From Eledone cirrhosa (taxonomy: Eukaryota), in NCBI GenBank assembly GCA_964016885.1, contig OZ024756.1:2480001-2544000 (forward strand): a stretch of 64,000 nt of DNA, given 5' to 3'. Positions within the stretch are counted from its first letter, which is position 1; the number at the start of each line of letters is the position of its first letter. Position numbers and translations under genes: made by a program. Of this stretch, positions 37,801-52,800 are shown one piece after another. The notes beneath the pieces were generated by a model. It made no database searches. It was not told where the DNA came from and saw only the letters and a program-made list of their open reading frames with translations.

Positions 37801-40800
37801 CTACTGCAGTGTATGTCAAGTCAGTGCCACTTCTACTGCAGTGTATGTCAAGTCAGTGTCAGTACTACTGCAGTGCATGTCAAGTCAGTGTCACTACTGC
37901 TGCAGTGTATGTCAAGTCAGTGTCACTAATACTGCAGTGTATGTCAAGTCAGTGTCATTACTACTGCAGTGTATCTCAAGTCAGTGTCACTACTACTGCA
38001 GTGTATGTCAAGTCAGTGTCACTACTACTGCATGTCAAGTCAGTGTCACTACTACTGCAGTGTATGTCAAGTCAGTGTCACTACTACTGCAGTATATGTC
38101 AAGTCAGTGTCACTACTACTGAAGTGTATGTCAAGTCAGTGTCACTACTACTGCAGTGTATGTCAAGTCAGTGTCACTACTACTGCAGTGTATGTCAAGT
38201 CGGTGTCACTTCTACTGCAGTGTACGTCAAGTCAGTACCACTACTACTGCAGTGTATGTCAAGTCAGTGTCACTACTACTGCAGTGTATGTCAAGTCAGT
38301 GTCACTACTACTGCAGTGTATGTCAAGTCAGTGCCACTACTACTGCAGTGTATGTCAAGTCAGTGTCACTACTACTGCAGTGTATGTCAAGTCAGTACCA
38401 CTATTACTGCAGTGTATGTCAAGTCGGTGTCACTACTACTGCAGTGTATGTCAAGTCAGTGCCACTACTACTGCAGTGTATGTCAAGTCGGTGTCACTAC
38501 TACTGCAGTCCATGTCAAGTCGGTGACACTACTACTGAAGTGCATGTCAAGTCAGTGTCACTACTACTGCAGTGCATGTCAAGTCAGTGTCACTACTACT
38601 GCAGTGTATGTCAAGTCAGTCTCACTACTACTGAAGTGTATGTCAAGTCAGTACCACTACTACTGCAGTTTATATCAAGTCAGTACCACTACTACTGCAG
38701 TGTATGTCAAGTCAGTGTCACCACTACTGCAGAGTATGTCAAGTCAGTGCCACTACTACTGCAATGTATGTCAAGTCAGTGTCACTACTACTGCAGTGCA
38801 TGTCAAGTCAGTGTCACTACTACTGCAGTGTATGTCAAGTCAGTGTCACTACTACTGCAGTGTATGTGAAGTCAGTGTCACTACTACTGAAGTGTATGTC
38901 AAGTCAGTGTCACTACTACTGCAGTGCATGTCAAGTCAGTGTCACTACTACTGAAGTGTATGTCAAGTCAGTGTCACTACTACTGAAGTGTATGTCAAGT
39001 CAGTGTCACTACTACTGCAGTGTATGTCAAGTCGGTGTCACTACTACTGCAGTGTATGTCAAGTCAGTACCACTACTACTGCAGTGTATGTCAAGTCAGT
39101 GTCACTACTAATGCAGTGTATGTCAAGTCAGTGTCACTACTACTGCAGTGTATGTCAAGTCAGTGCCACTACTATTGCAGTGTATGTCAAGTCAGTGTCA
39201 CTACTATTGAAGTGTATGTCAAGTCAGTGCCACTACTACTGCAGTGTATGTCAAGTCAGTGTCACTACTACTGAAGTGTATGTCATGTCAGTGCCACTAC
39301 TACTGAAGTGTATGTCAAGTCAGTGCCACTACTACTGCAGTGTATGTCAAGTCAGTGTCACTACTACTGCAGTGTATGTCAAGTCAGTACCACTACTACT
39401 TCAGTGTATGTCAAGTCAGTGTCACTACTACTGCAGTGCATGTCAAGTCAGTGTCACTACTACTGAAGTGTATGTCAAGTCAGTGTCACTTCTACTGCAG
39501 TGTATGTCAAGTCAGTGTGACTACTACTGAAGTGTATGTCAAGTCAGTGTCACTACTACTGCAGTTTATGTCAAGTCAGTGCCACTACTACTGCAGTACA
39601 TGTCAAGTCAGTGTCACTACTACTGAAGTGTATGTCAAGTCAGTGTCACTTCTACTGCAGTGCATGTCAAGTCAGTGCCACTACTACTGCAGTGTATGTC
39701 AAGTCAGTGTCACTACTACTGCAGTTATATGTCAAGTCAGTGTCACTACTACTGCAGTGTATGTCAAGTCAGTGTCACTACTACTGCAGTGTATGTCAAG
39801 TCAGTGTCACTACTACTGCAGTGTATGTCAAGTCAGTGTCACTAATACTGCAGTGTATGTCAAGTCAGTGTCATTACTACTGCAGTGTATCTCAAGTCAG
39901 TGTCACTACTACTGCAGTGTATGTCAAGTCAGTGTCACTACTACTGCATGTCAAGTCAGTGTCACTACTACTGCAGTGTATGTCAAGTCAGTGTCACTAC
40001 TACTGCAGTGTATGTCAAGTCAGTGTCACTACTACTGAAGTGTATGTCAAGTCAGTGTCACTACTACTGCAGTGTATGTCAAGTCAGTGTCACTACTACT
40101 GCAGTGTATGTCAAGTCGGTGTCACTACTACTGCAGTGTATGTCAAGTCAGTACCACTACTACTGCAGTGTATGTCAAGTCAGTGTCACTACTACTGCAG
40201 TGTATGTCAAGTCAGTGTCACTACTACTGCAGTGTATGTCAAGTCAGTGCCACTACTACTGCAGTGTATGTCAAGTCAGTGTCACTACTACTGCAGTGTA
40301 TGTCAAGTCAGTACCACTATTACTGCAGTGTATGTCAAGTCGGTGTCACTACTACTGCAGTGTATGTCAAGTCAGTGCCACTACTACTGCAGTGTATGTC
40401 AAGTCGGTGTCACTACTACTGCAGTCCATGTCAAGTCGGTGTCACTACTACTGAAGTGTATGTCAAGTCAGTGCCACTACTACTGCAGTGTATGTCAAGT
40501 CAGTGTCACTACTACTGCAGTGCATGTCAAGTCAGTGTCACTACTACTGCAGTGTATGTCAAGTCAGTACCACTACTACTGCAGTTTATATCAAGTCAGT
40601 ACCACTACTACTGCAGTGTATGTCAAGTCAGTGTCACCACTACTGCAGAGTATGTCAAGTCAGTGCCACTACTACTGCAATGTATGTCAAGTCAGTGTCA
40701 CTACTACTGCAGTGCATGTCAAGTCAGTGTCACTACTACTGCAGTGTATGTCAAGTCAGTGTCACTACTACTGCAGTGTATGTGAAGTCAGTGTCACTAC

Positions 40801-43800
40801 TACTGAAGTGTATGTCAAGTCAGTGTCACTTCTACTGCAGTGTATGTCAAGTCAGTGTGACTACTACTGAAGTGTATGTCAAGTCAGTGTCACTACTACT
40901 GCAGTTTATGTCAAGTCAGTGCCACTACTACTGCAGTACATGTCAAGTCAGTGTCACTACTACTGAAGTGTATGTCAAGTCAGTGTCACTACTACTGCAG
41001 TGCATGTCAAGTCAGTGCCACTACTACTGCAGTGTATGTCATGTCAGTGTCACTACTTCTGCAGTTATATGTCAAGTCAGTGTCACTACTACTGCAGTGT
41101 ATGTCAAGTCAGTGTCACTACTACTGCAGTGTATGTCAAGTCAGTGTCACTACTACTGCAGTGCATGTCAAGTCAGTGCCACTACTACTGCAGTACATGT
41201 CAAGTCAGTGTCACTACTACTGAAGTATATGTCAAGTCAGTGCCACTACTACTGCAGTGCATGTCAAGTCAGTGCCACTACTACTGCAGTGTATGTCAAG
41301 TCAGTGTCACTACTACTGCAGTGTATGTCAAGTCAGTGCCACTACTACTGCAGTGTATGTCAAGTCAATGTCACTACAACTGCAGTGCATGTCAAGTCAG
41401 TGTCACTACTACAGCAGTGTATGTCAAGTCAGTGTCACTACTACTGCAGTGTATGTTAAGTCAGTGCCACTACTACTGCAGTGCATGTCAAGTCAGTGCC
41501 ACTACTACTGCAGTGTATGTCAAGTCATTGCCACTACTACTGCAGTGCATGTCAAGTCAGTGTCACTACAACTGCAGTGTATGTCAAGTCAGTGCCACTA
41601 CTACTGCAGTGTATGTTAAGTCAGTGTCACTACTACTGCAGTGTATGTCAAGTCAGTGTCACTACAACTGCAGAGCATGTCAAGTCAGTGTCACTGCTAC
41701 TGCAGTGTATGTCAAGTCAATACCACTACTACTGCAGTGTATGTCAAGTCAGTGTCACTACTACTGCAGTGTATGTCAAGTCAGTGCCACTACTACTGCA
41801 GTGTATGTCAAGTCAGTGTCACTACTACTGAAGTGTATGTCAAGACAGTGTCACTACTACTGCAGTGTATGTGAAGTCAGTGTCACTACTACTGCAGTGT
41901 ATGTCAAGTCAGTGTCACTACTACTGCAGTGTATGTCAAGTCAGTGTCACTACTACTGCAGTGTATGTCAAGTCAGTACCACTACTACTGAAGTGTATTT
42001 TTAAGTCGGTGTCACTACTACTGCAGTGTATGTCAAGCCTGTGTCACTACTATTGCAGTGTATGTCTAGTCAGTACCACTACTACTGAATTGTATGTCAA
42101 GTCGGTGTCACTACTACTGCAGTCCATGTCAAGTCGGTGTCACTACTACTGCAGTGTATGTCAAGTCAGTGCCAGTACTACTGAAGTGTATGTCAAGTCA
42201 GTGTCACTACTACTGAAGTGTATGTCAAATCAGCGTCGCTACTACTGAAGTGTATGTCAAGTCAGTAACACTACTACTGCAGTGCATGTCAAGTCGGTGA
42301 CACTACTACTGAAGTGTATGTCAAGTCGGTGTCACTACTACTGCAGTCCATGTCAAGTCGGTGTCACTACTACTGAAGTGTATGTCAAGTCGGTGTCACT
42401 ACTACTGCAGTCCATGTCAAGTCGGTGTCACTACTACTGCAGTCCATGTCAAGTCGGTGTCACTACTACTGCAGTGTATGTCAAGTCAGTGCCAGTACTA
42501 CTGAAGTGTATGTCAAGTCAGTGTCACTACTACTGAAGTGTATGTCAAATCAGCGTCGCTACTACTGAAGTGTATGTCAAGTCAGTAACACTACTACTGC
42601 AGTGCATGTCAAGTCGGTGACACTACTACTGAAGTGTATGTCAAGTCGGTGTCACTACTACTGCAGTCCATGTCAAGTCGGTGTCACTACTACTGCAGTG
42701 TATGTCAAATCAGTGTCACTACTACTGCAGTGTATTTCAAGTCAGTGTGACTACTACTGAAGTGTATGTCAAGTCAGTGTCACTACTACTGCAGTGTATG
42801 TCAAGTCAGTTCCACTACTACTGCAGTGTATGTCAAGTCAGTTCCACTACTACTGCAGTACATGTCAAGTCAGTGTTACTACTACTGCAGTGTATGTCAA
42901 GTCAGTGTCACTACTACTGCAGTGTATGTCAAGTCAGTGTTACTACTACTGCAGTGTATGTCAAGGCAGTGTCACTACTACTGCAGTGTATGTCAAGTCA
43001 GTGTCACTACTACTGAAGTGTATGTCAAGTCAGTGTCACTACTACTGCAGTGTATGTTAAGTCAGTGTCACTACTACTGCAGTGTATGTCAAGTCGGTGT
43101 CACTACTACTGCAGTGTATGTCAAGTCAGTACCACTACTACTGCAGTGTATGTCAAGCCTGTGTCACTACTGAAGTGTATGTCAAGTCAGTGTCACTACT
43201 ACTGCAGTGCATGTCAAGTCGGTGCCACTACTACTGCAGTGTATGTCAAGTCAGTGTCACTTCTACTGCAGTTATATGTCAAGTCAGTGTCACTACTATG
43301 GCAGTGTATGTCAAGTTAGTGTCACTACTACTGCAGTGTATGTCAAGTCAGTGTCACTACTACTGCAGTGCATGTCAAGTCAGTGCCACTACTACTGCAG
43401 TACATGTCAAGTCAGTGTCACTACTACTGAAGTATATGTCAAGTCAGTGCCACTACTACTGCAGTGCATGTCAAGTCAGTGCCACTACTAGTGCAGTGTA
43501 TGTCAAGTCAGTGTTACTACTACTGCAGTGTATGTTAAGTCAGTGCCACTACTACTGCAGTGTATGTCAAGTCAATGTCACTACAACTGCAGTGCATGTC
43601 AAGTCAGTGTCACTACTACTGCAGTGTATGTCAAGTCAGTGTCACTACTACTGCAGTGTATGTTAAGTCAGTGCCACTACTACTGCAGTGCATGTCAAGT
43701 CAGTGCCACTACTACTGCAGTGTATGTCATGTCAGTGCCACTACTACTGCAGTGCATGTCAAGTCAGTGTCACTACAACTGCAGTGTATGTGAAGTCAGT

Positions 43801-46800
43801 GCCACTACTACTGCAGTGTATGTCAAGTCAGTGTCACTACTACTGCAGTGTATGTCAAGTCCGTGTCACTACTACTGAAGTGTATGTCAAGTCAGTGTCA
43901 CTACTACTGCAGTGTATGTCAAGTCAGTGTCACTACTACTGCAGTGTATGTCAAGTCGGTGTCACTACTACTGCAGTGTATGTCAAGTCAGTACCACTAC
44001 TACTGCAGTGTATGTCAAGCCTGTGTCACTACTATTGCAGTGTATGTCTAGTCAGTACCACTACTACTGAATTGTATGTCAAGTCGGTGTCACTACTACT
44101 GCAGTCCATGTCAAGTCGGTGTCACTACTACTGCAGTGTATGTCAAGTCAGTGCCAGTACTACTGAAGTGTATGTCAAGTCAGTGTCACTACTACTGAAG
44201 TGTATGTCAAATCAGCGTCGCTACTACTGAAGTGTATGTCAAATCAGCGTCGCTACTACTGAAGTGTATGTCAAGTCAGTACCACTACTACTGCAGTGTA
44301 TGTCAAGTCAGTGTCACTACTACTGCAGTGCATGTCAAGTCGGTGACACTACTACTGAAGTGTATGTCAAGTCGGTGTCACTACTACTGCAGTCCATGTC
44401 AAGTCGTTGTCACTACTACTGCAGTGTATGTCAAGTCGGTGTCACTACTACTGCAGTGTATGTCAAGTCGGTAATACTACTACTGCAGTGTATGTCAAGT
44501 CAGTGTCACTACTACTGAAGTGTATGTCAAATCAGCGTCGCTACTACTGAAGTGTATGTCAAGTCAGTACCACTACTACTGCAGTGTATGTCAAGTCAGT
44601 GTCACTACTACTGCAGTGTATGTCAAGTCAGTGTCACTACTACTGCAGTGTATGTCAAGTCAGTGCCACTACTACTGCAGTGTATGTCAAGTCAGTGACA
44701 CTACTACTGCAGTGTATGTCAAGTCAGTACCACTATTACTGCAGTGTATGTCAAGTCAGTGTCACTACTACTGCAGTGTATGTCAAGTCAGTGCCACTAC
44801 TACTGCAGTGTATGTCAAGTCAGTCTCACTACTACTGAAGTGTATGTCAAGTCAGTACCACTACTACTGCAGTTTATATCAAGTCAGTACCACTACTACT
44901 GCAGTGTATGTCAAGTCAGTGTCACCACTACTGCAGAGTATGTCAAGTCAGTGCCACTACTACTGCAATGTATGTCAAGTCAGTGTCACTACTACTGCAG
45001 TGCATGTCAAGTCAGTGTCACTACTACTGCAGTGTATGTCAAGTCAGTGTCACTACTACTGCAGTGTATGTCAAGTCAGTGTCACTACTACTGAAGTGTA
45101 TGTCAAGTCAGTGTCACTACTACTGCAGTGCATGTCAAGTCAGTGTCACTACTACTGAAGTGTATGTCAAGTCAGTGTCACTACTACTGAAGTGTATGTC
45201 AAGTCAGTGTCACTACTACTGCAGTGTATGTCAAGTCATTGTCACTACTACTGCAGTGTTTGTCAAGTCGGTGTCACTACTACTGCAGTGTATGTCAAGT
45301 CAGTACCACTACTACTGCAGTGTATGTCAAGTCAGTGTCACTACTAATGCAGTGTATGTCAAGTCAGTGTCACTACTACTGCAGTGTATGTCAAGTCAGT
45401 GCCACTACTACTGCAGTGTATGTCAAGTCAGTGTCACTACTATTGAAGTGTATGTCAAGTCAGTGCCACTACTACTGCAGTGTATGTCAAGTCAGTGTCA
45501 CTATTACTGAAGTATATGTCAAGTCAGTGCCACTACTACTGCAGTGCATGTCAAGTCAGTGCCACTACTACTGCAGTGTATGTCAAGTCAGTGTCACTAC
45601 TACTGCAGTGTATGTCAAGTCAGTGCCACTACTACTGCAGTGTATGTCAAGTCAGTGTCACTACAACTGCAGTGCATGTCAAGTCAGTGTCACTACTACT
45701 GCAGTGTATGTCAAGTCAGTGTCACTACTACTGCAGTGTATGTTAAGTCAGTGCCACTACTACTGCAGTGCATGTCAAGTCAGTGCCACTACTACTGCAG
45801 TGTATGTCAAGTCAGTGCCACTACTACTGCAGTGCATGTCAAGTCAGTGTCACTACAACTGCAGTGTATGTCAAGTCAGTGCCACTACTACTGCAGTGTA
45901 TGTTAAGTCAGTGTCACTACTACTGCAGTGTATGTCAAGTCCGTGTCACTACAACTGCAGAGCATGTCAGGTCAGTGTCACTGCTACTGCAGTGTATGTC
46001 AAGTCAGTACCACTACTACTGCAGTGTATGTCAAGTCAGTGTCACTACTACTGCAGTGTATGTCAAGTCAGTACCACTACTACTGAAGTGTATTTTTAAG
46101 TCGGTGTCACTACTACTGCAGTGTATGTCAAGCCTGTGTCACTACTATTGCAGTGTATGTCTAGTCAGTACCTCTACTACTGAATTGTATGTCAAGTCGG
46201 TGTCACTACTACTGCAGTCCATGTCAAGTCGGTGTCACTACTACTGCAGTGTATGTCAAGTCAATGCCAGTACTACTGAAGTGTATGTCAAATCAGCGTC
46301 GCTACTACTGAAGTGTATGTCAAGTCAGTAACACTACTACTGCAGTGTATGTCAAGTCAGTGTCACTACTACTGCAGTGCATGTCAAGTCGGTGACACTA
46401 CTACTGAAGTGTATGTCAAGTCGGTGTCACTACTACTGCAGTCCATGTCAAGTCGGTGTCACTACTACTGCAGTGTATGTCAAGTCGGTGTCACTACTAC
46501 TGCAGTCCATGTCAAGTCGGTAATACTACTACTGCAGTGTATGTCAAGTCGGTGGCACTACTACTGCAGTCCATGTCAAGTCGGTGTCACTACTACTGCA
46601 GTGTATGTCAAGTCACTGTCACTACTACTGCAGTGTATGTCAAGTCAGTGTCACTACTACTGCAGTGTATGTCAAGTCAGTGTCACTACTACTGCAGTCC
46701 ATGTCAAGTCGGTGTCACTACTACTGCAGTGTATGTCAAATCAGTGTCACTACTACTGCAGTGTATTTCAAGTCAGTGTGACTACTACTGAAGTGTATGT

Positions 46801-49800
46801 CAAGTCAGTGTCACTACTACTGCAGTGCATGTCAAGTCAGTGCCACTACTACTGCAGTGTATGTCAAGTCAGTGTCACTACTACTGCAGTTATATGTCAA
46901 GTCAGTGTCACTACTACTGCAGTGTATGTCAAGTCAGTGTCACTACTACTGCAGTGTATGTCAAGTCAGTGTCACTACTACTGCAGTGCATGTCAATCAG
47001 TGCCACTACTACTGCAGTACATGTCAAGTCAGTGTCACTACTACTGAAGTATATGTCAAGTCAGTGTCACTACTACTGCAGTGGATGTCAAGTCAGTGCC
47101 ACTACTACTGCAGTGTATGTCAAGTCAGTACCACTACTACTGCAGTGTATGTCAAGTCAGTGTCACTACTACTGCAGTGTATGTCAAGTCAGTGTCACTA
47201 CTACTGCAGTGTATGTCAAGTCAGTGTCACTACTACTGAAGTGTATGTCAAGTCAGTGTCACTACTACTGCAGTGTATGTCAAGTCAGTGTCACTACTAC
47301 TGCAGTGTATGTCAAGTCAGTGTCACTACTACTGCAGTGTATGTCAAGTCAGTGTCACTACTACTGCAGTGTATGTCAAGTCAGTACCACTACTACTGAA
47401 GTGTATTTTTAAGTCGGTGTCACTACTACTGCAGTGTATGTCAAGTCTGTGTCACTACTATTGCAGTGTATGTCTAGTCAGTACCACTACTACTGAATTG
47501 TATGTCAAGTCGGTATCACTACTACTGCAGTCCATGTCAAGTCGGTGTCACTACTACTGCAGTGTATGTCAAGTCAGCGTCACTACTACTGAAGTGTATG
47601 TCAAGTCAGTAACACTACTACTGCAGTGTATGTCAAGTCAGTGTCACTACTACTGCAGTGCATGTCAAGTCGGTGTCACTACTACTGCAGTACATGTCAA
47701 GTCAGCGTCACTACTACTGAAGTGTATGTCAAGTCAGTGTCACTACTACTGCAGTATATGTCAAGTCAGTGTCACTACTACTGCAGTGTATGTCAAGTCA
47801 GTGTCACTACTACTGCAGTGTATGTCAAGTCAGTGCCACTACTACTGCAGTGTATGTCAAGTCAATGTCACTACAACTGCAGTGCATGTCAAGTCAGCGT
47901 CACTACTACTGAAGTGTATGTCAAGTCGGTATCACTACTACTGCAGTCCATGTCAAGTCGGTGTCACTACTACTGCAGTGTATGTCAAGTCAGTGACACT
48001 ACTACTGCAGTGTATGTCAAGTCAGTGTCACTACTACTGCAGTGTATGTCAAGTCAGTGTCACTACTACTGAAGTGTATGTCAAGTCAGTGTCACTACTA
48101 CTGCAGTGTGTGTCAAGTCAGTGTCACTACTACTGCAGTGTATGTCAAGTCAGTGCCACTACTACTGCAGTGTATGTCAAGTCAATGTCACTACAACTGC
48201 AGTGCATGTCAAGTCAGTGTCACTACTACTGCAGTGTATGTCAAGTCAGTGTCACTACTACTGCAGTGTATGTCAAGTCAGTGCCACTACTACTGCAGTG
48301 TATGTCAAGTCAATGTCACTACAACTGCAGTGTATGTCAAGTCTGTGTCACTACTATTGCAGTGTATGTCTAGTCAGTACCACTACTACTGAATTGTATG
48401 TCAAGTCGGTATCACTACTACTGCAGTCCATGTCAAGTCGGTGTCACTACTACTGCAGTGTATGTCAAGTCAGTGCCACTACTACTGCAGTGTATGTCAA
48501 GTCAGTGTCACTACTACTGAAGTGTATGTCAAGTCAGCGTCACTACTACTGAAGTGTATGTCAAGTCAGTAACACTACTACTGCAGTGCATGTCAAGTCG
48601 GTGTCACTACTACTGCAGTACATGTCAAGTCAGCGTCACTACTACTGAAGTGTATGTCAAGTCAGTGTCACTACTACTGAAGTGTATGTCAAGTCAGCGT
48701 CACTACTACTGAAGTGTATGTCAAGTCAGTAACACTACTACTGCAGTGTATGTCAAGTCAGTGTCACTACTACTGCAGTCCATGTCAAGTCGGTAACACT
48801 ACTACTGCAGTGTATGTCAAGTCGGTGTCACTACTACTGCAGTCCATGTCAAGTCGGTGTCACTACTACTGCAGTGTATGTCAAGTCACTGTCACTACTA
48901 CTGCAGTGCATGTCAAGTCACTGTCACTACTACTGAAGTGCATGTCAAGTCGGTGTCACTACTACTGCAGTCCATGTCAAGTCGGTGTCACTACTACTGC
49001 AGTGTATGTCAAGTCAGTGTCACTACTACTGCAGCCATGTCAAGTCGGTGTCACTACTACTGCAGTGTATGTCAAGTCAGTGTCACTACTACTGCAGTCC
49101 ATGTCAAGTCGGTGTCACTACTACTGCAGTGTATGTCAAGTCAGTGTCACTACTACTGCAGTCCATGTCAAGTCGGTGTCACTACTACTGCAGTGTATGT
49201 CAAGTCAGTGTCACTACTACTGCAGTGTATGTCAAGTCGGTGTCACTACTACTGCAATGTATGTCAAGTCAGTGTCACTACTACTGCAGTGTATGTCAAG
49301 TCAGTGTCACTACTACTGCAGTGTATGTCAAGTCAGTGTCACTACAACTGCAGAGCATGTCAAGTCAGTGTCACTACTACTGCAGTGTATGTCAAGTCGG
49401 TGTCACTACTACTGCAGTCCATGTCAAGTCTGTGTCACTACTATTGCAGTGTATGTCTAGTCAGTACCACTACTACTGAATTGTATGTCAAGTCGGTGTC
49501 ACTACTACTGCAGTCCATGTCAAGTCGATGTCACTACTACTGCAGTGTATGTCAAGTCAGTGCCACTACTACTGCAGTGTATGTCAAGTCAGTGTCACTA
49601 CTACTGAAGTGTATGTCAAGTCAGCGTCACTACTACTGAAGTGTATGTCAAGTCAGTAACACTACTACTGCAGTGTATGTCAAGTCAGTGTCACTACTAC
49701 TGCAGTGTATGTCAAGTCAGTGCCACTACTACTGCAGTGTATGTCAAGTCAGTGTCACTACTACTGCACTGTATGTCAAGTCAGTGTCACTACTACTGCA

Positions 49801-52800
49801 GTACATGTCAAGTCAGTGTCACTACTACTGCAGTGTATGTCAAGTCAGTACCACTACTACTGCTGTGTATGTCAAGTCAGTGTCACTACTACTGCAGTGT
49901 ATGTCAAGTCAGTGTCACTACTACTGCACTGTATGTCAAGTCAGTGTCACTACTACTGCAGTGTATGTCAAGTCAGTGTCACTACTACTGCACAGTATGT
50001 CAAGTCAGTGTCACTACTACTGCACTGTATGTCAAGTCAGTGTCACTACTACTGCAGTGTATGTCAAGTCAGTGTCACTACTACTGCAGTGTATGTCAAG
50101 TCAGTGTCACTACTACTGCAGTGTATGTCAAGTCAGTGTCACTACTACTGCACTGTATGTCAAGTCAGTGTCACTACTACTGCACTGTATGTCAAGTCAG
50201 TATCACTACTACTGCAGTGTATGTCAAGTCAGTGCCTCTACTACTGCAGTGTATGTCAAGTCAGTGTCACTACTACTGCACTGTATGTCAAGTCAGTGTC
50301 ACTACTACTGCAGTGCATGTCAAGTCAGTCTCACTACTACTGCAGTGTATGTCAAGTCAGTGTCACTACTACTGCAGTACATGTCAAGTCAGTGTCACTA
50401 CTACTGAAGTGCATGTCAAGTCAGTGTCACTACTACTGCAGTGCATGTCAAGTCAGTGCCACTACTACTGCAGTGCATGTCAAGTCAGTGCCTCTACTAC
50501 TGCAGTGCATGTCAAGTCAGTGCCACTACTACTGCAGTGCATGTCAAGTCAGTGTCACTACTACTGCAGTGTATGTCAAGTCCTTGTCACTACTACTGCA
50601 GTGCATGTCAAGTCAGTGTCACTACTACTGCAGTGTATGTCAAGTCAGTGCCACTACTACTGCAGTGTATGTCAAGTCAGTGTCACTACTACTGCATTGT
50701 ATGTCAAGTCAGTGGCACTACTACTGCAGTGTATGTCAAGTCAGTGTCACTACAACTGCAGTGCATGTCAAGTCAGTGTCACTACTACTGCAGTGTATGT
50801 CAAGTCAGTGTCACTACTACTGCAGTGTATGTGAAGTCAGTGTCACTACTACTGCAGTGTATGTCAAGTCAGTGTCACTACAACTGCAGAGCACGTCAAG
50901 TCAGTGTTACTGCTACTGCAGTGTATGTCAAGTCAGTGCCACTACTACTGCAGTGTATGTCAAGTCAGTACCACTACTACTGCAGTGTATTCAAATCAGT
51001 GTCACTGCTACTGCAGTGTATGTCAAGTCAGTGTCACTACTACTGCAGTGTATGTCAAGTCAGTGTCACTACTACTGCAGTGTATGTCAAGTCAGTGTCA
51101 TTACTACTGCAGTGTATGTCAAGTCAGTGTCACTACTACTGCAGTGTATGTCAAGTCAGTACCACTACTACTGAAGTGTATTTTTAAGTCGGTGTCACTA
51201 CTACTGCAGTCCATGTCAAGTCGGTGTCACTACTACTGCAGTGTATGTCAAGTCGGTGTCACTACTACTGCAGTCCATGTCAAGTCGGTGTCACTACTAC
51301 TGCAGTGTATGTAAAGTCAGTGTCACTACTACTGCAGTGAATGTCAAGTCAGTGTCAATACTACTGCAGTGTATGTCAAGTCAGTACCACTACTACTGAA
51401 GCCTATGTCAAGTCGGTGTCACTACTACTGTAGTCCATGTCAAGTCGGTGTCACTACTACTGCAGTGTATGTCAAGTCAGTGCCACTACTACTGCAGTGT
51501 ATGTCAAGTCAGTGTCACTACTACTGCAGTGTATGTCAAGTCAGTGTCACTACTACTGCAGTGTATGTCAAGTCAGTATCACTACTACTGCAGTGCATGT
51601 CAAGTCGGTGTCACTACTACTGCAGTCCATGTCAAGTCGGTGACACTACTACTGCAGTGTATGTCAAGTCGGTGTCACTACTACTGCAGTCCATGTCAAG
51701 TCGGTGTCACTACTACTGCAGTGTATGTCAATTCAGTGTCACTACTACTGCAGTGTATGTCAAGTCAGTGTGACTACTACTGAAGTGTATGTCAAGTCAG
51801 TGTCACTACTACTGCAGTTTATGTCAAGTCAGTGTCACTACTACTGCAGTGTAGGTCAAGACAGTGTCACTACTACTGCAGTGTATGTCAAGTCAGTGTG
51901 ACTACTACTGAAGTGTATGTCAATTCAGTGTCACTACTACTGCAGTGTATGTCAAGTCAGTGCCACTACTACTGCAGTGTATGTCAAGTCAGTGTCACTA
52001 CTACTGCACTGTATGTCAAGTCAGTGTCACTACTACTGCAGTGTATTTCAAGTCAGTGTGACTACTACTGAAGTGTATGTCAAGTCAGTGTCACTACTAC
52101 TGTAGTGTATGTCAAGTCAGTTCCACTACTACTGCAGTACATGTCAAGACAGTGTTACTACTACTGAAGTGTATGTCAAGTCAGTGTCACTACTACTGCA
52201 GTGCATGTCAAGTCAGTGCCACTACTACTGCAGCGTATGTCAAGTCAGTGTCACTACTACTGCAGTTATATGTCAAGTCAGTGTCACTACTACTGCAGTG
52301 TATGTCAAGTCAGTGTCACTACTACTGCAGTGTATGTCAAGTCAGTGTCACTACTACTGCAGTGCATATCAATCAGTGCCACTACTACTGCAGTACATGT
52401 CAAGTCAGTGTCACTACTACTGAAGTATATGTCAAGTCAGTGCCACTACTACTGCAGTGCATGTCAAATCAGTGCCACTACTACTGCAGTGTATGTCAAG
52501 TCAGTGTCACTACTACTGCAGTGTATGTCAAGTCAGTGCCACTACTACTGCAGTGTATGTCAAGTCAGTGTCACTACAACTGCAGTGCATGTCAAGTCAG
52601 TGTCACTACTACTGCAATGTATGTCAAGTCAGTGTCACTACTACTGCAGTGTATGTCAAGTCAGTGTCACTACTACTGCAGTGTATGTCAAGTCAGTGTC
52701 ACTACAACTGCAGAGCATGTCAAGTCAGTGTCACTACAACTGCAGTGCATGTCAAGTCAGTGTCACTACTACTGCAATGTATGTCAAGTCAGTGTCACTA

